This document shows, piece by piece, positions 29,930-39,900 of a stretch of DNA of 64,000 nucleotides (the first letter of the stretch is position 1; each line of letters starts with the position of its first letter). The notes under the pieces are model-generated. The model worked only from the letters and a program-made list of their open reading frames with translations, did no database searches and was not told the origin of the DNA. This DNA is from a bacterium. GTDB taxonomy: Bacteria > Zhuqueibacterota > Zhuqueibacteria > Residuimicrobiales > Krinioviventaceae. The stretch covers positions 608,001 through 672,000 of the forward strand of contig CAXXMD010000002.1 of assembly GCA_963675755.2 (NCBI GenBank), given 5' to 3'. The translations under genes were made by a program, and so were the position numbers.

Positions 29930-32275
29930 ATGACGCAGAAATTTAATATTAATGATATAGATTCTATTGTACATTCTATTGGTACCGGACAGGAAAATGT
30001 AATATCCATATTACAGGCTATCCAGAACCAATACAAATATTTACCCCAGGATGCATTAAAACGCGTATGTGAGATCAGTGATATAACTCCGGCATCCATT
30101 ACAGGTGTTTCTACTTTTTATTCTCAATTCAGACATACTCCCGTTGGTGAACACAGCATTCATGTTTGCGTTGGCACAGCCTGCCATGTTAAAGGAGCTG
30201 AACTTGTATATGATTCTTTTAAACGACATCTGGATATTACAGGTATCAACGACACTGACGCTCAAAAACAATTTACCGTACAAAAAGTAGCATGTCTGGG
30301 ATGCTGCACACTGGCGCCTGTTGTTCAAATAGATGATATTACTTATGGACATGTACAACCGGATAATATACCGGGAATCATCCAGGATTTTAAAAAATAT
30401 GCCGGTAAAAAAGTCAGACAAAAGATCCCCAAAAAATGGGAACATGACCATTATGGAGAAATTCGTTTGGGTTTGGGTTCATGCTGTATTGCAGGAGGAA
30501 GCGGCCAGGTACAGGAAGAATTACTGAAAACCCTGACTGATCAGCGCATTCCCATTGATGTAAAGCGTGTAGGTTGTGTGGGCATGTGTCATCAAACACC
30601 GTTGTTGGAAATTGATACACCGGGACACGATCCTATCATGTATACCAATGTACAGGCAGAAGATGTTAATGAGATTATTACGCGTCATTTTCGTCCCAAA
30701 GGAATCCATCTGGTAACTCAAAAAGTGGATGATTGGCTAAACAGTCTGATTACAGACAAGCATAATGTAAATATACCACATTATCCGGTTCATATGCGTG
30801 ATGAACCTATATCAACTTTTCTGGGACCACAGGTGCATATTGCTACAGAACATTCCGGTACTATTGATCCGGTTAGTCTGGAAGAATATGTTGAAAAAGG
30901 TGGATTTTCAGCGTTTGAAAAATGCATCAAATCTCAATCTCAGGATGAGATTATACAATCAGTCAAAACCAGTGGATTAAAAGGCAGGGGAGGCGCTGGC
31001 TTTCCAACCTGGAAAAAGTGGGACATTGTAAAAAATATTGAGCATAATGATAAAGTCGTAATCTGTAATGGAGATGAGGGTGATCCCGGGGCTTTTATGG
31101 ATCGAATGCTCCTGGAATCATATCCATTCCGCATTATAGAAGGTTTATCCATTGCCGCTTTTGCTGTAGGTGCTAAAACAGGATATCTGTATATCCGTGC
31201 AGAATATCCACTTGCAGTAAAACGAATCAAAGATGCGCTCCAAAAGTGTTATGATACAGGTTATCTGGGTGATAATATTCTGGATTCCGGTTTTTCACTG
31301 GATTTAAAAGTAAAAGAAGGTGCAGGTGCGTTTGTTTGTGGTGAAGAGACTGCACTTATTGCCTCTATTGAAGGCAAGCGGGGCATGCCGCGCATTCGAC
31401 CTCCATATCCGGCTGAAAAAGGATTATGGGAAAAACCCACGCTTGTAAATAACACGGAAACCATTTCACTTGTCCCATGGATTTTTAGAAATTCACCAGA
31501 AACCTTTGCCAGGTTGGGTACAGAATCCAGCAAGGGAACCAAGGTATTTGCGCTTGCCGGCAAAATTGCCAGAGGTGGCTTGATTGAAGTGCCTATGGGC
31601 ATCAGCATCCGTCAAATTGTAGAGGATATTGGCGGCGGTATTGCAAATGGAAAGAAATTCAAAGCTGTACAGATTGGTGGTCCTTCAGGTGGATGTGTAC
31701 CTGCAGAGTTGGCCCATATCGGCATCGATTTTGAGGAATTGGACCAGGTAGGTGCCATGATGGGATCAGGTGGTTTGCTGGTAATGGATGAAAATGACTG
31801 CATGGTGGACATTGCCCGGTATTTTCTCAGCTTTACCCAGGACCAATCCTGTGGTAAATGCACTTTTTGTCGTGTTGGAACCAAGCGAATGTTGGAAATA
31901 TTGGATAGAATTGTAGCTGGCAAAGGCAATATAAAAGATTTGGATGATCTGGAATACCTGGCCCATCAAACCAAAGCCGGCAGCTTGTGCGGCTTGGGTA
32001 AAACAGCCCCGAATCCGGTTTTAACCACGTTGAAATATTTCAGACACGAATACGAGGAACATCTTGAAGGTAAATGTCGTGCAAAAAAATGCTCGGCATT
32101 GATCCAATATTCGATAAATGATAACTGTATCGGTTGTACAAAATGTGCTCAGGAATGTCCGGTGGATGCTATTCCTGTTAAACCTTATGAAAAACATGTG
32201 ATTGATACCGAATTATGTATAAAATGTGATACCTGTGTACAGGTTTGTCCGGTTAATGCGGTTGAGGTGAATTGA
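29930..32275 (+). CDS. Fused NuoE-like + thioredoxin-like [2Fe-2S] + NuoF-like (FMN/NADH) + 2x[4Fe-4S] protein (HydC-HydB / BfuC-BfuB type)
   Basis: CVGTAC...CLGCC; GSCCIAGG...GCVGMC; GRGGAGFP; CNGDEGDPGAFMDR; GAGAFVCGEETAL; GGPSGGC; QSCGKCTFCRVG...SLCGLG; CIGCTKCAQECP; CIKCDTCVQVCP. Confidence 0.9.
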   Translation: MTQKFNINDIDSIVHSIGTGQENVISILQAIQNQYKYLPQDALKRVCEISDITPASITGVSTFYSQFRHTPVGEHSIHVCVGTACHVKGAELVYDSFKRHLDITGINDTDAQKQFTVQKVACLGCCTLAPVVQIDDITYGHVQPDNIPGIIQDFKKYAGKKVRQKIPKKWEHDHYGEIRLGLGSCCIAGGSGQVQEELLKTLTDQRIPIDVKRVGCVGMCHQTPLLEIDTPGHDPIMYTNVQAEDVNEIITRHFRPKGIHLVTQKVDDWLNSLITDKHNVNIPHYPVHMRDEPISTFLGPQVHIATEHSGTIDPVSLEEYVEKGGFSAFEKCIKSQSQDEIIQSVKTSGLKGRGGAGFPTWKKWDIVKNIEHNDKVVICNGDEGDPGAFMDRMLLESYPFRIIEGLSIAAFAVGAKTGYLYIRAEYPLAVKRIKDALQKCYDTGYLGDNILDSGFSLDLKVKEGAGAFVCGEETALIASIEGKRGMPRIRPPYPAEKGLWEKPTLVNNTETISLVPWIFRNSPETFARLGTESSKGTKVFALAGKIARGGLIEVPMGISIRQIVEDIGGGIANGKKFKAVQIGGPSGGCVPAELAHIGIDFEELDQVGAMMGSGGLLVMDENDCMVDIARYFLSFTQDQSCGKCTFCRVGTKRMLEILDRIVAGKGNIKDLDDLEYLAHQTKAGSLCGLGKTAPNPVLTTLKYFRHEYEEHLEGKCRAKKCSALIQYSINDNCIGCTKCAQECPVDAIPVKPYEKHVIDTELCIKCDTCVQVCPVNAVEVN

Positions 32276-33840
32276 TGTACGAGATAACCATAGACAATAA
32301 GAAATTATCGGTTCAACCTGGAACAACTATATTACAGGCAGCAAATAGCTTGAACATTGATATCCCAACCATGTGTTTCCTGGAAGGGCTCGAACCCTTT
32401 ACATCTTGCATGGTATGCGTTGTTGAAGATATGAAAAGCGGTAGATTGCTGCCTTCATGCTCCATGCTTGTACAGGATGGGATGATAATAGAATCACATA
32501 ATGTTAAGGTTGAACAAGCTCGAAGAGATGCTTTGGAGCTTTTGCTTAGTGAACATGTTGGCGATTGCCAGGCACCTTGTCAAAAGGGTTGTCCTGCATC
32601 AATGAATATCCCTTTAATGATCCGTCAAATCGCTGCAGGTGAATTTGATAAAGCCATTCGCACAGTCAAAGCTGATATTGCTTTACCCGCTGTGTTGGGT
32701 AGAATTTGTCCTGCTCCTTGCGAAAAAGTTTGTAACCGTGCAAAGATTGATGATCCTGTCTCTATATGTTTGTTGAAACGATTCTCCGCAGACGTTGATA
32801 TGCAGGGAGTTACAGCGTTTATACCAGAGTGTGAGCCTGGTAATGGAAAATCGGTTGCGATTATTGGGTCCGGACCTACTGGGCTGTCGGCTGCTTATTA
32901 TTTGCGTCAGCTAGGGTATGATTGTACTATATATGAAAAACAGGAATTGGCCGGTGGAATGCTAAGGTATGGCGTAGATCGTGATATATTACCATTGCAA
33001 ATGCTGGATGACGAGATTGCAATCATTGAAAAGATGGGTGTTGAATTCAAGCTGAAAACAGAAATTGGACTAGATATTGCCTTTAAAGAATTACTTGAGA
33101 ACAATGATGCTATTGTATTAGGTACTGGTGCAATAGAACTTGATAAAGTTAATGTTTTTGGTTTGGAACACACAGAGAAGGGTTTCAGTGTCAACACCAA
33201 AACCCACGAGTCCAGTACTGCAGGAGTTTTTGTCGGCGGCAGTGCTATACGAGAAAGCAAAATGGCAATACGTTCCAGTGCTCATGGAAAACAGATCGCT
33301 GTTAATATTGATCGTTATCTAAATGGATTATCACTAGAGGCCGATTCCAGATTTGAATCCCGAATTGGCAAACTGGCCCGAAATGACCTTGAAGCGCTAC
33401 TTTCTCAGGCAGATGACCGGGAACAAATTAAAATTGAAAAGAGTAGGGGATTCGAGTCAAGTGAAGCTTTAAATGAGGCAAATCGTTGTATGCATTGTGA
33501 TTGCCGCAAACCTGACACATGTAAGCTTCGTATTTATTCGCAGGAATATCACGTTGACCAAAAGCATTACAAGGGTAAAGATCGAAATGATTTGAAATTT
33601 ATCGATCAGCATGCTAATGTTGTTTTTGAACCGGGAAAATGTATCAAATGTGGTATTTGTGTACAGATTACTGAAAAGTATGGTGAAAACCTGGGATTCA
33701 CTTTTATCGGAAGAGGATTCAACGTGCAAATTCAGGTCCCGTTTAATTCAGAGTTGAGCCAGGCACTTGAAAAATCAGCAAAAGAATGTGTAGAATCTTG
33801 TCCTACTGCTGCATTATCATTTAAAAAAGATATAATATGA
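32275..33840 (+). CDS. NuoG/HydA N-terminal [2Fe-2S] + GltD/NfnB-like Fe-S/FAD subunit (BfuA-like) with no catalytic H-cluster or Mo domain
   Basis: IPTMC...SCMVCVVE...PSC; DCQAPCQKGCP; LGRICPAPCEKVCNR; VAIIGSGPTGLSAA; GGMLRYG; EANRCMHCDC; KCIKCGIC; CVESCPTAAL. ATG overlaps the upstream TGA (TGATG). Confidence 0.85.
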   Translation: MYEITIDNKKLSVQPGTTILQAANSLNIDIPTMCFLEGLEPFTSCMVCVVEDMKSGRLLPSCSMLVQDGMIIESHNVKVEQARRDALELLLSEHVGDCQAPCQKGCPASMNIPLMIRQIAAGEFDKAIRTVKADIALPAVLGRICPAPCEKVCNRAKIDDPVSICLLKRFSADVDMQGVTAFIPECEPGNGKSVAIIGSGPTGLSAAYYLRQLGYDCTIYEKQELAGGMLRYGVDRDILPLQMLDDEIAIIEKMGVEFKLKTEIGLDIAFKELLENNDAIVLGTGAIELDKVNVFGLEHTEKGFSVNTKTHESSTAGVFVGGSAIRESKMAIRSSAHGKQIAVNIDRYLNGLSLEADSRFESRIGKLARNDLEALLSQADDREQIKIEKSRGFESSEALNEANRCMHCDCRKPDTCKLRIYSQEYHVDQKHYKGKDRNDLKFIDQHANVVFEPGKCIKCGICVQITEKYGENLGFTFIGRGFNVQIQVPFNSELSQALEKSAKECVESCPTAALSFKKDII

Positions 33841-34985
33841 AAAAAATACTCGTATTGTTTAGTTTATTCATGTTCTTGACCGGGTGTCAAAAATCCAATA
33901 CAATTCAACCTGAACAACCTGCAAATCCATCAGAATGGACTTTTTTCCGCGGTAATTCTCAATTAACGGGCGTTGCTGGTGGTAAAATGTCTGAAAATTT
34001 GTCAATGTTGTGGTCATTTGAGACCGGCGATGATGTACGTTCTACACCCATAATATCAAATAATACTGTTTTTGTAGGATCAACAGATAAAAATATGTAT
34101 GCATTATCCCTGGAAGACGGTTCTGTCATCTGGACGTTTACTATGGAAGATGATATTGAAGCCCCTGCATTGTATTATGATGGAATTGTATATGCAGGTT
34201 CTCTGGATGGTACATTTTACGCCCTGTCAGCAGATAGCGGTAAAGTGATTTGGTCTGTAGAGACAGGGGATCAGATACTGGGAGCACCCAACATCTATTT
34301 TAATGCAGCAAAAAAAGCCCGTATTCTTGTTGGCAGTTATGATTTTAAAATGTATTGTTACGATGCCAAAACCGGAAGCCCTGTCTGGTCTTATGAAACG
34401 GAAAATTTTATTAATGGAGCTCCGGCAACAGATGGAAGGCGCATTGTTTTTGGTGGATGTGATGAATTTCTCCATGTAGTGGATGTAAATTCGGGTAAAA
34501 AGATAGCTGCTGTTCCTGCTGGTTCGTATATTGCCGCGTCGGCTGCTATATATGACCACTTTGCGTATGTAGGACATTATGATTCAAAATTAATCTGCAT
34601 TGATCTTGATCAGCAATCTGTTATTTGGGAATATGGAGATGAAGAAAATGGAGCACCGTTCTTTTCTTCTCCTGCGGTTACCGATAAATATGTTATTGCA
34701 GGTTCTCGGGATGATTATGTGCATTGTGTTGATCGTCAAACAGGTAAACCGGTTTGGAAATTCAAAACCCTTGATCAGGTTGACAGCTCTCCGATAGTCA
34801 TCGACAACAAGGTAATCGTTGGTTCTGAAGACGGACGTTTATATATGTTAAGTCTTGAAGAGGGTATACAGTTGTGGTCTTTTGAAATTGGCAGTTCAAT
34901 TATTGGTTCTCCCGCAGTTGCCGATGGGAAAATAATTGTTGGAGCAGATGACGGCAGAATCTATGCTTTTGGAGAAAAAGAATGA
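33837..34985 (+). CDS. Lipoprotein PQQ-binding-like (BamB-type) beta-propeller, paralog 5
   Basis: Lipobox-like FLTGC, WTFFRGN, regular blades 'SP....V.VGS.DG..YAL....G...W'. Confidence 0.85.
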   Translation: MKKILVLFSLFMFLTGCQKSNTIQPEQPANPSEWTFFRGNSQLTGVAGGKMSENLSMLWSFETGDDVRSTPIISNNTVFVGSTDKNMYALSLEDGSVIWTFTMEDDIEAPALYYDGIVYAGSLDGTFYALSADSGKVIWSVETGDQILGAPNIYFNAAKKARILVGSYDFKMYCYDAKTGSPVWSYETENFINGAPATDGRRIVFGGCDEFLHVVDVNSGKKIAAVPAGSYIAASAAIYDHFAYVGHYDSKLICIDLDQQSVIWEYGDEENGAPFFSSPAVTDKYVIAGSRDDYVHCVDRQTGKPVWKFKTLDQVDSSPIVIDNKVIVGSEDGRLYMLSLEEGIQLWSFEIGSSIIGSPAVADGKIIVGADDGRIYAFGEKE

Positions 34986-36268
34986 AAATTGTACATATAG
35001 TACCCGGTTCCGGAAATACTTTTTATTGTCAGAATTGTATGCGTGATAATACACTGGTTACCGCATTGCGTAACAGAGGTCACGATGTAACAGCCATCCC
35101 CATGTATCTGCCATTATTTGTGGATGATAATGAATTTGAAGAGGAAACACCTGTATTTTATGGAGCCATCAATACTTATCTCAAGCAGGTGATGCCTATT
35201 TATCGCAAAGCACCTGTTTGGTTGGAAAAAGTTTTTGATTCCAGATTTTTACTAAAGCTGGCTGCTAAAAAATCAGGCTCTACTGATGCAGCAGGACTAG
35301 AAGATATGACCATTTCCATGATTAAGGGAGAAGAAGGAAATCAATCAACAGAACTGGACCATTTGATATCATGGCTGCGTGATCACGCCAAACCGGATGT
35401 AGTGCATCTATCAAACGCTCTTTTATTAGGCCTTGCTCATAATATTAAAAACAAGCTTGGGATTCCTGTTGTTTGTTCATTGCAGGATGAGCATCAATGG
35501 GTAGATCCCATGCGTCCGGAATATCAGGAAAAAGTCTGGCAGCTCATGGCTGAAAAAGGCAAAGATGTTGTCGCTTATACTCCCGTAAGTCATTATTATT
35601 CCGAGCGTATGAAAAAAATAATGGATATACCTGATGAAAAAATGCATGTCATCCATGTAGGATTGGACTTGGAAAAATACAATCCCACAGAGCTGCCCAT
35701 GGATCCTCCTGTGATTGGCTATTTATCCCGAATTCATAAGGATTCAGGATTAGGTATTCTTGTAGACGCTTTTATTGAATTGAAAAAAGATAAAAAGTTT
35801 GAAAATGTTCAATTGCATATAACTGGCGGTAAAACAACTGACGATCAGCAATTTTACAATTCTATTAAATCAAAATTAGTGGATAATAATTGCTGGAATG
35901 ATGTTGTAATATATGATTCTTTTGACAAAGATAGCAGATTAAAGTTTTTTGAAGCTATTACTGTTTTATCGGTTCCTGTTCCGCAAGGAGAGGCGTTTGG
36001 CGTATATTTGATTGAAGCTTTTGCATCAGGGGTTCCAGTTGTGCAACCCAGGGTAGGCGCTTTTCCGGAACTGATTGACATGGCAGGTGGGGGCACAATT
36101 TATGAACCCAATGAACCTCACAATTTATCTGATGCATTAAAATCAATATTTAGCAATCCTGAACAGGCTATTCAACTGGGTAAGCAAGGCAGTGAAAATG
36201 CCTGTAAATACTTTTGTATAGAAAAAATGGCCGATGATATGGTCAAACTGTATGAAACATTAATCTGA
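34982..36268 (+). CDS. GT4-family (GT-B) glycosyltransferase with an N-terminal CxxC
   Basis: PGSGNTFYCQNCMRDN, PDVVHLSN, EAFGVYLIEAFASGVPVVQPRVGAFPE (Ex7E motif). Confidence 0.88.
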   Translation: MKIVHIVPGSGNTFYCQNCMRDNTLVTALRNRGHDVTAIPMYLPLFVDDNEFEEETPVFYGAINTYLKQVMPIYRKAPVWLEKVFDSRFLLKLAAKKSGSTDAAGLEDMTISMIKGEEGNQSTELDHLISWLRDHAKPDVVHLSNALLLGLAHNIKNKLGIPVVCSLQDEHQWVDPMRPEYQEKVWQLMAEKGKDVVAYTPVSHYYSERMKKIMDIPDEKMHVIHVGLDLEKYNPTELPMDPPVIGYLSRIHKDSGLGILVDAFIELKKDKKFENVQLHITGGKTTDDQQFYNSIKSKLVDNNCWNDVVIYDSFDKDSRLKFFEAITVLSVPVPQGEAFGVYLIEAFASGVPVVQPRVGAFPELIDMAGGGTIYEPNEPHNLSDALKSIFSNPEQAIQLGKQGSENACKYFCIEKMADDMVKLYETLI

Positions 36269-36282
36269 TATTGGAAGATCTC

Positions 36283-36981
36283 ATGTCTGTACATCCAATA
36301 CTTTTTGAATTAAGAAATGTCACCAAGTCCTACGTTATTGAAAAGGTTACAGATTATACTGTATTAAAGAATATCATGCTGACCCTTCATTCCGGTCAAA
36401 CTGTAGCTATAACCGGTCCATCCGGATCAGGCAAAAGTACGATGTTGAACATTCTAGGCACACTTGATAAACCCAGTGAGGGTGATGTATTTTTCCGTGA
36501 TCAGAATATTACCGAGTTGTCTACAAATGACCTGGCACGAATCCGCAATCAGGATATCGGTTTTATATTTCAATTACATCATCTCTTGCCACAATGTACC
36601 GTTCTTGAGAATGTTTTGATTCCTGTATTAGCTTTTGGAAACAGCGATGACATTGATAAAGCCACACATCGGGCAGAGGTTCTTTTAACACGGGTCGGGT
36701 TGGGACAGCATATGAACAGCATGCCTGGCACTTTATCCGGTGGTGAGAGTCAACGTGTGGCTGTCGTTCGAGCTTTGATCAATAATCCATCTATTTTACT
36801 GGCTGATGAACCGACAGGTTCGCTGGATCAGGATAACGCCAAAAGTTTAATGGAGTTGCTTGTTGATTTGAATAATGAAGAAAACACTACACTTGTTGTT
36901 GTGACTCATTCCAATGAACTGGCAAAAATGATGAATTCTGTTTATCACCTGCAAAATGGACAATTAGAAAAACAACAATGA
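36283..36981 (+). CDS. ABC transporter ATP-binding protein, LolD/MacB family
   Basis: GPSGSGKST, IGFIFQLHHLLP, LSGGESQRVA, LLADEPTGSLD, VVVTH. Confidence 0.92.
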   Translation: MSVHPILFELRNVTKSYVIEKVTDYTVLKNIMLTLHSGQTVAITGPSGSGKSTMLNILGTLDKPSEGDVFFRDQNITELSTNDLARIRNQDIGFIFQLHHLLPQCTVLENVLIPVLAFGNSDDIDKATHRAEVLLTRVGLGQHMNSMPGTLSGGESQRVAVVRALINNPSILLADEPTGSLDQDNAKSLMELLVDLNNEENTTLVVVTHSNELAKMMNSVYHLQNGQLEKQQ

Positions 36982-39900
36982 ATTTCTTTAAATTAATTGT
37001 TAACAATTTCAAATATTTTCTCCATTCCCAACATATTCCAATGGCACTTGGAACCATGATAACTTCGGGGGTTCTGATTGGTGCGCTTATCGTTGGTGAT
37101 TCTGTCAAAGAGAGTCTGGTAAATATTACATATAACCGACTTGGCAATGTTACACATGCTATTGATAGCGGTGATCGGTATTTTCGGTATCAACTTGCTG
37201 ATGAGATTGAAAATGAACTTGAAATTCCAATTGCGCCTGTTTTAAAATTAAATGGATTTGCCATCAAGGACGGGGGAGAGCAACGCGTAAATCAAGCCCA
37301 GATCCTTGGCATTGACAAACGTTTTTGGAATTTAGCCCCCAATTACCCAAACTTTTCCGAACCTGCACAAAACACAGTTTTGATAAATGAAAAGCTGGCA
37401 AATCAACTTGATCTGCATATTGACGACGAGTTTCTACTCCGGGTCAAGAGTATTGATTATTTCCCGGTAGATGCTCCTTTTGCACTGGACATTCAGCATA
37501 CAGCATCAATCCGAGTCAAGGTTGCCGGCATTGTTTCTGATAATCAATTAGGACGTTTTAATTTACAGGCAAATCAGACATCTCCCTTTAATATCTTTGT
37601 AAATTATAACCAACTTGCCACACTTGTAGATATACCTGATAAATGCAACACTCTATTATTTAACCTTAATCTACGCAACTCTATATCATTTAACGAGTTG
37701 AGTGGTTCACTTAAATTTAATTTCAATTTTGCCGATGCTTCTCTCAGTTTATCAAGGGATAGTGGTTCAAAAGAAGTAATATTGAAATCAGATCGGATTT
37801 TTTTAGAGCCAGTAATTGGAGATTTGCTTGAGCAATCTGGATTGGAAAATCAACAATATTTTACCTATTTTGTAAATGCTCTAAAAACATCAACACACAG
37901 TACACCATATTCATTTGTTTCATCATTGGATACTGATGCTTCAATAAAGATAAAAAACGATGAAATTGTCATCAACTCCTGGCTGGCAAGAGATTTGAAT
38001 GTAAGCAAAGGCGATTCTCTGACTTTGGATTATTTCATTGTTGGAACCAATCGTGATTTAATTTTGGAATCCTCTGTCTTTAAAATTCATTCAATTATTG
38101 GGATGCCCCAGGCTCAAAGAGCATTGAAACTCTTGCCTGATTTTCCCGGCTTGACAGAATCAGAAAATTGCCGCGACTGGGACCCAGGGATCCCCATTGA
38201 TCTGGATATGATCCGTGATAAAGATGAAGTATACTGGGACGAGTATCATGGTACCCCCAAAGCATTTATTAATTTAGACAAAGCACAGGAATTGTGGGGA
38301 AACCGGTTTGGTAACATGACGGCGGTGAAATTTACCAATGATAAATACACATTATCCCTTATTGAAAACAAAATATTGGATAAATCTACACCATCGTTGT
38401 TCGGGATTAACATTAAACCGGTTTTAGACGAGGGTTTAGCTGCCAGTAAGAACGGTGTGGACTTTGGAGAGCTGTTTTTAAGCCTGAGTTTCTTTATTAT
38501 TGCCGCATCTTTGATACTGACTGGTCTATTATATGTTTTCAGCCTGGAGCAGCGCAAGGGAGAAACAGGATTATACCTGGCATTGGGCTATAGACCTATT
38601 CAAATTAAGTTATTGTTCTTTTTTGAATTTTTTATAACTGCAGTCATTGGAGTTTTACTGGGTTCAGGTGTAGGAATTCTATATGATCTTTTTATTTTAA
38701 AAGCCCTGGGTTCTATTTGGATTGGTGCTGTGGGAACCTCTGATTTAATTTTATTTTTAAAACCTGCTACCATTTTGAATGGAATTGGAATTAGCTTGCT
38801 TCTTGTTGTTATTTCTATATTTATCGAATTAAAAAGACAAACCATTGTTCCTGCAACCCGTTTGCAGCGTCGAGGGCAGCCTTACAAAATCAGTAAATTA
38901 AATCCCAAGATTATTCTCTATTTATCTGCAGCTTTGTTTGTAGGTGTTATAATCATCCTGTTCTCGTCTGATCCCGGTCGTGGTAAACAGGCATACGGTG
39001 CTTTTTTCGGTGGTGGAAGCATGTTATTGTTAATGGGGCACCTTTTATTTTATTATTTTATTACCCAAAAAGGAAAATCTCCCAACAGTCATGTTCAATC
39101 CATTTTCAAGCTGGCATTTAGTAATACAGGACGAACACGCAGCAAGAGTATCGCTATTACTGCCATCCTGGCTATTGGCGTTTTTCTGGTTATAACCGTG
39201 GGAGCGAATCGTCATGGTACTTTGGTACATTCGGATTTACGCTCTTCGGGTACTGGGGGATTTGAATATTGGTTTACAACCACATCACCTGTATTGCAGG
39301 ACCTGAACAGTATTGATGGTAAAGATTATATTGGAATTGATACCAGAAACGATTCTGTTTTGTTTTTAACCATGCGCCATAATATTATTGACGACGCGAG
39401 TTGTTTAAATCTGAATATGGTTAAAAATCCTAGTATTATTGGAATTAATGCCAATGTATTAGATTCGTTGCAGGCTTTTACATTTATCAAAACGTTAGAC
39501 AGGCAACATAAAACAAATCCCTGGTTAACATTAAACAAAAGATATGGAGATAACATTATTCCTGCTGTTGCAGATGAAACGGTATTGGTATGGGGCCTTG
39601 GAAAAGCTGTAGGAGATACCTTGTATTATACCAGCGAAAATGGTCAGGAATTAAAAGTATTAATAGTTGGCAGTTTAGCTGGCTCTGTATTTCAGGGCAA
39701 CATATTGATCTCTGAAGATAATTTTGTTTCCAATTATCCTTCCATTGGCGGTTACAGGATCTTTTTGGCAGACATACCAGTATCGTTAACGAAGCAATTT
39801 GAATTGAATGTACCCCGCTTACTAATGGATCATGGAATAGAATGGATGCCGGCTTATGAACGTCTTGCGCAGTTTCACACAATTGAAAATACCTATCTAT

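Noticed and set aside
32273-32275. TGA ending the NuoEF fusion as a possible selenocysteine
   Set aside because: It follows a complete ferredoxin domain and overlaps the next ATG (TGATG) with its own RBS, so it is an ordinary coupled stop.
29930-33840. Respiratory complex I (nuoEFG) or an [FeFe]-hydrogenase/formate dehydrogenase
   Set aside because: No other nuo genes, no H-cluster motifs and no molybdopterin domain. The extra Trx-like and ferredoxin domains fit HydBC-type modules.
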